Of a DNA stretch of 64,000 bases, positions 11,460-24,600 are shown piece after piece. Each line of letters starts with the position of its first letter. Positions within the stretch are counted from its first letter, which is position 1. Made by a program: the position numbers and the translations under genes. Origin of the DNA: Owenia fusiformis (taxonomy: Eukaryota); contig CAIIXF020000001.1 of assembly GCA_903813345.2 (NCBI GenBank), positions 27,652,001 through 27,716,000 on the forward strand. The letters are read 5' to 3'. The notes under the pieces are model-generated. The model ran no database searches, was not told the DNA's origin, and saw only the letters and a program-made list of their open reading frames with translations.

Positions 11460-12021
11460 CCCGGGGGGTTCACTGTGTACAAAATTTGGCAGGGGTTCTA
11501 GGCTGAACCCTCAGATATCAATATATTCCCATACCAAAATGTCAAATTTGAATGTGTTCCCATACCAACCAATATAGTGCCCAAAAGCCATCCCAAATGC
11601 CCAAATATGAAACCAATGCCATACCAAATGTCAAAATATAGGACCAATGCCATACCAATGCCATGACTGGTCCAAAGTAGAATATTTCCTGGGAAAAAAG
11701 CTATTTATTTAAACTGAAGAAGGTCCCAAGAAGAAGGCGATCTTTGAGGAAAATGAACCAAAACAACCTCATATTAGGATATGTGTAACTACTAGACCAA
11801 TTCCATACCATAATTGTGAGATAACATATTTTCCATGACCATTCTCATACCAGAAACTTGAAAAAGCTGACCATTTCCATGGGGGCATTCTCATACCACA
11901 TTACCACATCCTAAAATTTGGGTCCATTGCCATACCAAATGTCCAAAAAGGTACCCCATGTGCGCCGAGGATCCCCGCCAAGGTTTATATACAGTGAACC
12001 CCCCCCCCCCCCCCCCCCGGG
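11460..12021. mobile_element. MITE with CCCGGG(G)n termini and internal CCATACCA repeats
   Basis: Perfect 8-bp TSD ATTATGGT (11452-11459, 12022-12029); TIR CCCGGGGGGTTCACTGT / ACAGTGAAC(C)nGGG. Confidence 0.85.
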
Positions 12022-12631
12022 ATTATGGTACATGTTTGAGGACAGTACACCATTTTGGTCTAATCCCAATCGTCCGATATGCCATTAGTCCGAATCCCAA
12101 TCATCCAAATCCAAATTTATTGGCTTTCTCTATGCTTACAGGATTCTATATTACCATTTGAAAGTTGAAATTTTTTGGATTCCATAATACCTTGAAAATT
12201 GACTTATTTTTCAGATGCATGCAGATCTCAACTGATTGGCCCGATGCAACAATCTACGCAACAATCTTTATCAAAGAATCCCTGAATATATTGGCAAAAT
12301 CAATGATACCATAGATCAATAGTGCAAACCAACACTCATTCTGCAATACAAGTGGATTGAACAAGTAAAATGATTGTGCATTCAAGTACCCCAAGTTTTG
12401 ATGTTTCAAATAATGCATACCCCCTGTAGAACTTTCTCAAATTGCCACAATCTTTGTAAAGATTACACGAATACAGAAACAACTGTCAAATCTTAAGATT
12501 TCACTTCACTAAAAGCCAGTGTAAAGCAGTTACATGTTAATATCATATGACAAAGAGATACCATGGAAGCTCCTTGCCCCAACTGAATTGGAGACAATAA
12601 ATTGATTTTGGTTTGAGATTATTGTACTACT

Positions 12632-15600
12632 ATGACAGTTACATATACTGCCCAGGTTGCAACTAGTAAATTCGGCTGTTTCTGGAAACTACTTGCAAGG
12701 TATGTATAAAAAGCTTTTTCCAATTACCCCCCCCCCCCCATTTCTATATCGTATCATACCCTTCTTAAATACACCTACATGTACCTGTTTGTTCACCCAT
12801 CTGATAACTTCAGTATGAATGAAATGTCCCTTGGTATTATGGTCTAAAATTGTGATTGTAGTATTTGAATGGTGGAGGGGTGGTGTAAACGTGTAGGGGT
12901 TCCTATTACATTATGGTCCTACTCTCCATTGATTTATATGGTAGCCTCTTTGCCTTATTATCTTATACACAATCAGGGCCAGTAAGGGCCGTTAAAAAGG
13001 GGGACCATAATCTCTGGGGGACCATAATTTCTTTCACAGTTATACTAAACATTGTTTCTTTTCACTTTGGATTATGACTCGGGATAGTTGGGGTTTGTTT
13101 TCCTTATGACTGGTGCACTCTTAGATGTTTTCTTTTTTTACTGTGTTCTGTAACAATTTTAAGTCCAGCCCTGTTAAAGTGTTTCTCTGTATTTTTAGAT
13201 GGAAGGGAAGCATATACAAGGTGGTTTGGGCTGACTTCTTGCTGTTTTGTGGGCTGTACTATATTCTCAGCTTTGTGTACAGATTCGCTTTGAATCCTAA
13301 ACAGCGAAGGTAAGACATGCTTAACTAGAAACTAGAGGAATTCAGTAGCATCTGTCATTGATTTGAACTTTTGATTGATTTAAGCCTGGGCTGAGCTGCT
13401 ATGTGGACATCAAATACTGTAACACCTGAGTGGAATGAATATGCCACAAATCATCTAGTCTTGGGCTTAAATTCTTTTCATACAATGCAAAATATTTTCG
13501 TTCTTGGTTCCGGGTGATAACTCTAATACCGGTTGATGGTTTTCATTAAAACTTTATAGGCTTATGGGTGTAGGACCTCTGCTCAAGAAGGAATTTTCAA
13601 TATGGCCTCTGAATTCAAAATGACTGCCATTTTTTGTAAAAAATGTAATCTATGATTATTCAAATACTACTTGATGGATTTGGTTCAAATATTATATTCT
13701 GATGCCTAGGGACAAAGGAGCTTTGCTCAAGAAGCAATTTTCAAGATGGCTGCTGAAATTCAAAATGGCCGCCATTTTTCGTAAAAAATATAATCTTTGA
13801 TAATGCAAATACCAGTAAATGGATTTGGTTCGAATTTTATATGCTGATGCCTTAGGACCCATTTGCTCTGCTCTGTTTATTATCAAAAATATGTTTTGTT
13901 TGGTGGGATTTGCTACTCTGTGGAGTTGCTGTAATGTGAGCTTGTATTAACGCACTGTTTTAGGCCTGTTTTTTCTATATGGCAAATTTGAGATGACATA
14001 ATTTTTTTTGCAAAATGAATTGGCAGTACTACTCACTACAAAGTCTACTATTCATGATTTGACAGAAATATGTACCTGGAGCATACACATTTTTTCTTTG
14101 TCACTTTTGTCATTTTATTGCCGTTTACTTGTTATTTTATGTCATTCTTTGTATTCCTTTTATAGATTATTTCTTAAGGTTGAATAGTGTTCAAAAAGAA
14201 TTCATGTACATGCACAGGTATTGTCTCTGAAGGTAGAGTGAATAGCCATACCATAAATGTACATGTACATTCTGAAATGGTAGAATGTTAACATAGGACA
14301 GACCAACAACTATTTTCATTTCTCATTTTATATTATACACATTGGGATATTTTATATCTGACAATTACAAGCCACTGTGTGAAGGTCCACAATAAAATCA
14401 GTTTCTTTGTCTTTATATACCAGTCCAATACCAGCTGGGCAGACACCATTTCCTATTGGTTCAGGGCTAGTACATACTCTGATTCTTGACATAGTTCCAC
14501 TGGGGCAAGGGTGACACTCAGTCCAAGAACTGAACTTCCCCCAGCCTCCGTCTGTAGCTATCTTGTCATTTATCCAATCAAGATACTTTGTAGTTTTCAT
14601 ATAAACTGTTGAACGTCCGCACATGCTCAGTCCCCAACTTATGATACCATATTGGACCCATTTATCGCCATCCTCAGAGCACATGAATGGCCCTCCAGAA
14701 TCACCAAAACACACAGCTGAACTGTAAACAATAGAAAATCCAGTTGAAATATGTCATGAATGACAAAGCGAGATAAACATATTTTCCAAGGGATAAACCT
14801 AGTACTAGCACTAGTAACATTTTTATTATTATGAATTATGATTTTAACTATATCCTTATAATCTTATTTTATGTTGCTTACTTCTCATCTTTAGCTGCAC
14901 AGAATGCATTTTCTGTAACATCTAACAGATCTGCAGGTGGGAGATCACATTCTGCCTGGACTCTCAAGTCCATTTCTAGCAACACATCTGAGTCACTCCC
15001 CTCAGTCTGATTCACCCACCCCCATCCAGCTATCTTACAATGTGCCCCAGGGCCACTTGTCCCCAGAGTGAAGGTTTCATCAGAGCCATCTTTTGGCAGA
15101 AGAGCTGGTTGTGTCCATCGGTGAAGAATTAATGGTGGATCTACTTTAATGATTGCTATGTCGTTATCCCATATGGTGTAGTTCTCATGGATGAAAACTT
15201 CACCAGTTCTAGTAGAATTCTCTTGTCTACTGGTACTTTGTTTAACGAGTCGTACCTGCTCAAATATTTCTATTTTGAAGATATCATGCTTGCCTGTAAG
15301 AATTTCAATCTCTTTCCTGTCTTTAACACAGTGGCCTGCAGTTAGGATGTGTGATGGGCTCAGTACAGATGCCCCACATCCTATCTCATAAAGAGATACA
15401 ACCCATGGGAAATTATGCCGTGGTTTAACTTCTTCTCCTCCCAATATCCTCAAATTGACACTTTCTGATCTCTGTTTTAGTTTTCTACCAGGTCTTGGAC
15501 ATTTGTTTTCATTACATCTAATGAATTCAATCTCATGATCTAAGCAAGTACTCTGATTGGTTGAGTTCCCGCGACATGGCTTCACCCTGGCTCTAATACT

Positions 15601-18600
15601 ACATTTTCTGTCTACGCATGGGGAGTAGCTGCTGGGTGATCCTTGTTAAAATAAAACAAATAATCTTACCATGCAACACATAATAGTGCAACACATTTGC
15701 TGTAACAACATAAATATAAGAACAGTTTCATATTGTTAATATTTATGCTCATTCTTGTATATAGGCATAGCTCCTTGGAGTACAAAGTTTTTGAATATGC
15801 AACATAATTGAAAGTCTAGGCACTTTTTTATTTTTGGCAATATTTTTATTTAAACTTACAAGATCTTGACTTCACCATATTTTACAAATATTACAGTTTT
15901 TCACATGGCAAAACTGTTTGTTAATTTGATATTGATCAAAACACTTTACCTTTCCTACCCTGACATGGCTTGATACATTTGGCAATATTCATCCTACATT
16001 CTATAAAAAAGATATTTGATATTGTATTCAAACCATTAACAACTTAAAATACAATGACTTTTATTTGCCTGATAATCTTAGTTTAATATTCAAGTCATAC
16101 TTCAGAACTTCTATAAATAGTTTTCAATGTCAGTAAGATTATTCTGAACAAGTCACTTTACATTGACAATTAGACAATAAACCATATAAAAGTTTATCAT
16201 TTCGTCATATGAACTGAACTTTTATGTCAGGACTTCACATGAATAGAAATACCCTATTGTCTCACAAATTACTTATACTTGTACATGTCAATGATGCATG
16301 AAGTACTATTAATGAGAAATATCAAAATGATGTCTGACATCTTTTTGAAATGTTATCTACATTTTGACATTTGAAATGTTAATTGTGAAGAGTTCATTTA
16401 TGTGTATAGGAATAACTCCATTGTTCTTTTGTAATAAATTTATTCAAAAATGTTTTGGTTTATGGGTATGGTAAATGATTCTACAGGAAAAGGATAGGTA
16501 CGGATATGGTGAACTTTTTTTGAACACACATTTCTCTTAAACCAGTCATCAAACAATTCTGAAAATTTTACACATTGTCAATTTAATGGTCATCTTTTGA
16601 ATGGTAACAATATAATTTAAATAAATATACATTTGTCTATATTGTTTTAGAAAACACATCAGACACTTCTTTTGTTCTTGGTATCATACATTCGGAATGA
16701 AGTGAAACATCTATCCGAACCTCATTGGAACAAAATGACATAAACACAACGTGTATAGGTCTCTCAATATTGTAATTGTACAAAAGAAAGTTTGGTTGAT
16801 TAAAAAAAGTATCTTGTTAATGAAATAAAAGGTTTATCTTAATTTTTATCTATTTTTGGGGTTTTTGTTTTAATTTTTTAAATACTTTTTCTTCAATCAA
16901 CCAAAATTTCCTTTGTATAACTATAATAATGAGAGGTTTAAAAAATGTTGTAAATGCAATTTTGTTCCAACAAGCTTCGGAAAAATATTTTGTTTATTCT
17001 GAAGAATTGGTAAAAAAGAACAAAAAACAATTGCACTAGAAAATAAAAAATGTTAACAAAAACAGTTATATAAAATATACATAAATTATTTTCGCATTGA
17101 ATTGTTGTCAATCAGTCAACATTACATGAAGGACCATGTTTTTTACAGAATTTTTTCAAAAATTGGTTTAAGAGAAAAACATTGTTGAATTCAGTTCACT
17201 ATATCGATACCAATCCTTTGAGAAAAATGGTGTTCATTAAAGCTTGATCAGAATCCCATTGGTCGGTTCAAATTGCATTTGTCCTAAACCAATGGTCTGA
17301 ATTCTATTCATATAAATCCTTATTTCCCAAAATGTTATTTGTAATTAATAAAAAAGAAATATATTAGGGAGATACGAGTGGGTTTTGGACCAATGAAATT
17401 CAAACCATTGGGTTTTGGACGAGTGGGTTTCGGATCAACGGGATTCAGACTAATGGTGCGTCCTCTTAAATTTCTGTTATTGGCCCAAGTGGAATATATT
17501 GATTTGGTATTGAGGGGTATGTCGTGTTGAATTGAATTTATTTTTGTTTTGCAATAAATAAAATAAAGTGACATCACAACTTTGAACAACTCTGCAGTAA
17601 ATGTGCCTTTGATTCTTGGATTGTTTCAAAAACATAGAAAGGTTAATAAAAATGTTACCTGGTTTATCAGTGCATTTAATGCTTCCTGATGGCATACACC
17701 TACACCTGTTACAGCTATCTTCCCGGCTCAGCCATTTAGGATCATTTGGCTTGTGCACTCCTCCAGTGGCATCTTTACATAGAACTTCCTTGCAACAGAC
17801 AGTGTACCTGTTATTACGTGCAACATTACATATATACCCCCGTGGACATGCTGACGTCTCATTTCCAGTTTTGCACATCTTCGGCACATAGTCATCTTCC
17901 ATCAGCGGCTCACAATTTCGAAGAATCTTATGCTGACAACATTCTGTTCTCTTGCGACGGATCTTACATGCAAATGAATTTGGACAATCCTCATTAGTTT
18001 TACAGTTGTTAATGTTCGGGTGTTTCAGTTGCCCATTTCCACACCTTAATTCCCCATCAGTTTGTCCTCCATGTGTTAAATAGGTTAAGAAATAACTAAA
18101 GAATGTTATCAGCAGCAGTTTCTTAGACATCTTATCCCAGGTCTCGGAGTCGATGTAAAGAATCTTAACAACTCTTCAGATTATTTTTTCAAAAGGAGCT
18201 TTATGTTAATTTGATTGTCACATTGTGAATATTCATCTTTCAGAATTTATGATGAACATCTCTTTATTGAAAATAATCAAATGTTCAGAGTAAAAGAAAT
18301 TATTTGTTTAATGTTACTTGTTAATGATTGCTAATGTAATTCTAGCACGATCAAATATTCCAATTATAGCCACAATAGAGAAACATTGCTATAGTTACTT
18401 TGATTTGCAGGAAGAATGATTATTGATATAGCCCTTTGTAGTTGACATAACAGATAGTATCTTTATAATTAAAACAATGACATAAGAACACTCTTCTAAA
18501 TGTGATATACTCAGAGGGATGGTGTCAAAAGGATGACCATTTTGGAAAATTGATGATAATTCGTTATTGTTTGCCCAATTCCCCTCCTCATATGAAATAA

Positions 18601-21600
18601 AATTCTCATTTGTCTTTTTTTTGTATTGTATTTTGTTAACTGCCATATTTTGGCGAGCATTGGTATATTTCCATATTTTACATATTTACACTCAAAGACA
18701 GAGCCAGAAACCTCTCCTTGGAGGAACCACAGTTTTTTTCTGTGTACCGATACACAGACTTACAAGTAGTCAAACAAACAGAATTACATAATGCACTAAC
18801 AAAGTCTGAACAGGGAATCAAGCCCGGGACCCGATAGTGGTAACCTTGGCTTTGCCAATGAGCCATAGCGGGTACGTGGTCTTGTAATTTTCAAATCATA
18901 ACGTTTTGATGTCACCACCAAAAAGACTTGCTTCAAATTGATCAATTTTTTTCAAAATCATCTACTCGTTCTCAGAAATTCAAATGTGACTTTAGATTAA
19001 ACTAATAATATTGTGAGCAGATAGGTGGTGATCGACCATCCTCCAATCACAGGGCTTCAAAATCCAGAATACTTCTTTCTTTTTTCCCCTGTGATAAACA
19101 GTTAGCATTTCCCCGATTAAGAACTCGCAATCTGATTGGCTGTCGCAACACTGCGACAGAAATCATATATAAGTCATTGCGCATAATTAGATCACGTGAT
19201 TCAGTTTAATCGGGCGCTTACAAATTGGTTATAGCAGGGGGAAGAAGGAGGTACGGATTCTGGATACCTGCTTAGATGGTGACATTATGTCATGTTAATG
19301 CCTTGTTTATTAATGAATTTACCAATACTCCATCTTAAAAGAAATCAAATTTGTTCTTGTATAGCATTATTTTGGACCCTGTAGTATTTCAAAAGACAGT
19401 ATTTGTCTTAATAATAACAATAGGATTTTTTGCAAAAAAATGAAGATTCATTTTAATAAATGCTAAGCCTCCTTGCTTAAATCTTCTCAAAGTGTATTAA
19501 AAGTATTCCTTATGTTATCTTGTAGATCTGCGTGTTGTGAAATGAACATAAAACAATACAGCTAATTTCATGTTGTGCGTATATGATTGATTTATCGATT
19601 TATATTATTAAATTCACGACTCAGGGTATAGAACTAAATACTTGCTTGTAAGCACCCTTTTTGTAGACATATTACACTTATTATTAAGTAACTGGGCCCA
19701 TTCAAGAAATATGTCTGATTTATTTAAGATTAATCAGGTCTGTAGTCAGCCAAAGGTTAATTTTTCAAAAATCTACCCACCGAAGGTTATTGAATAAATT
19801 TTCATAATGTAATAATTGATTTATTGTTTTACAGTTAACATATCAATATTGATTAAGGGGCCAGGTCAAAACATTTATGTTTGTCAAAAAACATAATTAA
19901 TTTATTTAGGTCTTGTCCCCCCTCCCCCTTCTAATGAAAGTCAAAATGTTGATGAGATTTTTCTTTGTTGATGAAATTTCCACTGATAATTTGCTTCATT
20001 TATTATCCCTTTTGTATCACCATCCAAACTAGTCATATACTTGTCTACAAATTTTTGGGAGTTAAAATGTTCCTAACAGATTTGGTTGGACCTTTTGCTT
20101 TTTTAATGGGCAACGCCATTTTGAAAATACCAGGATGTATTATATACAATGAATGAAAACTGAATGCAAAAATTGCAAAAGACGAAACACTGGGAAACTA
20201 AAAATCTACCCCCTCACCCTAAACGTAACTTATTAATTACATTTTTTGATGGACATTGATGTTTTGACGCAGCCCCTAATGAAGATGTATTGATGTTATC
20301 TTAGGTACAGATAATGTTGAAACATAGCCCATTCTTCTTAAAGACAATATTCCTTTGTTCATTTTTAAGATATGAAAAGATCATAAAAATGTACTGGTTT
20401 TATGCAAGATAATTTTATGTTCAACAAATAACGTAATTAAAGTGTTTTGTTTTCATCAATTAAAACACTACTTATTGTAGAAAGACCATTTACTCCAGGA
20501 ACTAGGCTTATGATGTATTTTTATAATAAGTAAATAACCCTTATTTATTGTTCTGCTAATAGATTTAATTGGAAAAAATAAAGTCAGTGTCACCGCTAAC
20601 TTCATAACCTTTTTCTACGAATGTTGAGCATTGAAATGTCGTGAAATATGAGTAAAATAAATTAGTGATATGTTCCTATAAATATGTGAGCAAGAATGTT
20701 GGTGGTTTTAAAAATCATCTTGGCCCCCTGACTTCAGAATACCTTCTATAATATTTACGGTATGTGAGCATTTATGTATTTTTAGGGTATTTGAGAATGT
20801 GGCTTCATATTGTGATCGCTTCAACAATTTGATTCCTGTTGCATTTGTGCTTGGATTCTATGTATCAATCGTGGTCTCGCGTTGGTGGGAGCAGTTCAAC
20901 TGTATACCATGGCCTGACAGGTAAAGCTTCAAATAAAAAAATTATCAGTTTAAAATGATTCATTAATTTACTGATATCATTTGTACATTGCAATGTATTG
21001 CATTGATTAAACGTTTGAAATAAAGAAATTATTTAAGTCAAATAATAGGATTTAGAACCATGTATTGCAAAGATGTTATTAATTCATCATTATCTTTATG
21101 CATGAATTTATTTATATGTTAGTACATGTACTTTTATATGTATCACTTTTTTAAAAATATTATTAGAATTGATATCCGTCACCATTTGATTTTGTAAGAA
21201 ATGAATACATATATTTTATAGGTCAGCCTTGTTTGTGTCTGCTAACATCCATGATATGTGCCGTGATGATCAGAGAAGTCGACTTTTGCGTCGTACCATT
21301 ATGCGCTACCTCAACCTCTCATATGTTTTCACCTTGTCATGTATAAGTACCTCTGTCAAGAAAAGATTCCCCACCATGGATCATATCACGGAGGCTGGTA
21401 TGCTCACTTAAACTTATACCTTGCTGTATTGCTTACTATCAAATGTATTTTTCATTATGTGTTCATCATACCTAAAAGATGTGCGACATTGTTGTCAGCT
21501 TGGAAAAATATCGGCATCCCGCTTTTCTTGTTTGCACATTATTTTTAGGTACAATATTTTTCATCATGTACATTGTTAATTCTGAATAAAATTCAATTGG

Positions 21601-24600
21601 AATTTAAAAATTATTATAACCAAACGGTTAAGAACTTTTGGTTGAACCTGCGTGGAAGTGTACTCTATACCTCAGCTGTCAGCTTATCCGACAAATAGGT
21701 CAAAATTGACACATTGATCTCGAATCAATAATGTTAGATAGATCATATTACAGTGTATCATCTAAGGTATGAAATGGCCAGATATTTAAACCTTTTTATC
21801 GATACCGGACGACCTTATTGGGGAATGGTTGATTTTGTGATTTTCCCAACTACTGTAGTCTAAAAACATGAATTTAACCCAAAAGAAATGTTTTTACTCC
21901 CATCGCCATTGATCATTTCGTATTCTGCATCTTTATTTTTACCCATAAAATTTTAATATATGGTTCTCATCCATAAATTCAGTGTTTTTTAATTCCAGGA
22001 TTCCTTCTACCAAATGAACAGGTTGTGATTGAAAATATTAAGACACCTTTCTCCAAGTATTTTGTTCCACTTGTCTGGGCCACAAGTCTTGTCACACGTG
22101 CTCGTAAGGAAGGACGCATAAAAGATGACTTTGCTGTGAACACTCTTATTGCAGTAAGTCACATTTTGAGGTGTTCAGAGCTTTCATATTTACATATTTT
22201 TGTTCATATTTACAGGTTTTACCGAAAATTTCAGTGAAAAATGTCTAGACTTCTGAACCATAATTCAACATGTAAATAGAAATACTCTCTAGACCCAAGA
22301 GTTCATTTTTTGTCATTCCTTTGACTAATATTATAATATACAGAAAAGCATGGCTGTTCTCTGCTTACATTACAGTTGTACATCCTTTTCTCAATGTTGT
22401 AGGAAATCAATGAATACAGAGGTAAACTTGGGACCCTGTTCAACTATGACTGGATTAGTGTACCCCTTGTATATACACAGGTATTTGCCACTCTAAGCAG
22501 TTGTTTTTTGGCTCACTTGGTGGACAAATGGAATGACCAAGTCATCTTTTCAAACTGTTCATTGTTTTACAAACTTCTCATTCTCTTTAATTCTGCACTA
22601 GTCGTGTTTCATCATATCACAAATTGAAAATATCAATTACACGGATTTTGAAAAAATATGCTGAACATAAAAAACAATTCCAAACAACACTTCTTTATAA
22701 TCACATAAATAAGTCATCAGCTGAACCTTTTGGAGGGTGTATGTAAAACCATTAATCATCAGAAAATTAAACCATGATGTACATATTTGTAATAACTGAT
22801 TCGTCCCCTTTCATGCCTTTAGGTGGTCACTTTGGCAGTATACACATTCTTCCTCTCGTGTTTGATTGGACGACAGTTCCTGCAGCCTGAGGATAAGTTC
22901 CAGTCAGTTCCAGTAGATATGTATGTTCCAGTCTTCACATTCCTTCAGTTTCTGTTCTACATTGGCTGGCTCAAAGTAAGTACACATGCACTGAACTGAC
23001 TGACTTATTGGAAAAGAAAAAGATCACCACCAATAAATGGCAACATTCCGTTAAAGCATTGAATAACATGTAGATATTTCTTCATAAATCTAAAACATAT
23101 ATGGAGCTAATCATACCAAACACAATATGAGATTTTATCTTTCTTCATGTAAGTACACAATTATGTCTAGACATTTGGTGGTTAGATTTTCATAATTATT
23201 TTTGTTATGGAGCAATATGTGAATTTTCTCTATGTCAACAGAAAGTGACTATGTCAACAGAAAGTGACAACAAATTCATAAATATTATACTTTGCCAACG
23301 AGAGTTTCATTGAGCCCATGAATAAAAATATGTTTTGTAAATTCAGGACCCTCAGTGTTATAGCTCATCTATAGCATTTAAATTCTCTAAAATACATGAG
23401 GAATTGTCTCATCTTGAGGCGACATCTATACTGATGAATCATTGAAAATTAATACTCATATGTACCAAATAACAATTTTAATGGGTTACTGCCATTTTCA
23501 GGTTGCTGAAACTCTTGTTAATCCATTTGGTGAAGATGATGATGATTTTGACATGAATGGCGTCATTGACAGAAATATCCAGGTAATTTAACTAAACATT
23601 TCACCTCGTATTAATTATTTGTTCATTTTCCTCTACTGTGCTGGTAGTCTTTAGGAACAAACCACAAATTAATGTATCTTGCAGTCCAAGCAATTCTAAA
23701 TTTTAGTTCAATTCATTTAAGTTACTTTTTGTAGCATTTGTCTCTGACTATGACAGCCTTACTCAATTATGGCACAGATCCATTTTTATATAGAGGTGTC
23801 TGAATTTCCTATTTGTTACTTTTACAGCCTTTATAAAATATACAGCACAAGTTCATGTGCTTTTTGGCTACTTATAAGGGGGCCACTTTTAGCATATCGT
23901 CATGGACAGTTATTTAACCTCTTGAATCCCAGGTTCTAAAAAGGTTGAAACCAGATAATTTTTCATTTTTGCCAGCTTTTGACATTTTACTACATACATA
24001 TACAACAGGCGATGTTCAATGTAGTAAAATTAGACGGCAGAGATCATTTCTAGACATTTTAAAACAATTTTTGTGTACATTGGATAAAAATTGTTCAAAT
24101 AAGAGCAATTTTAGTGAAAAATTTTGTGACGAATTATCTCGTCACTCTGGGTTACAAGGTCATTTCTGAGGTGACGAGAAATCTCGTCACTCTGGGTAGT
24201 CAAAAGGTTAAATAGTATAGACTCCCCATTAGACAGACTAGATATTTTTTGTTGTATATTGTAGGTATCATACCTGGTAGTTGATGAGATGCACTCAGAG
24301 CACCCAGAATTGATAAAGGACCAGTACTGGGATGACGTTGACTTTGAACTTCCATACACAAAGGCTGCTGAGGAGTTCAAGGGTGATCTTCATATGGGAT
24401 CTGCTGTTGATATTGTGTAAGTCTCTAGCCTTAAAGTCTTTATATACCCACATATTACCCAGACTGGCAGGCATAATTATCAGTCACAGAATGTCTCACT
24501 AAAATGGCTCCAACTTTGACAATTTGTTTTCAATTTATACAAAATTCATGTAGGTATAAAGAGTGTGTAATTTTCCTATATTATGTGACATTACCAAAAA

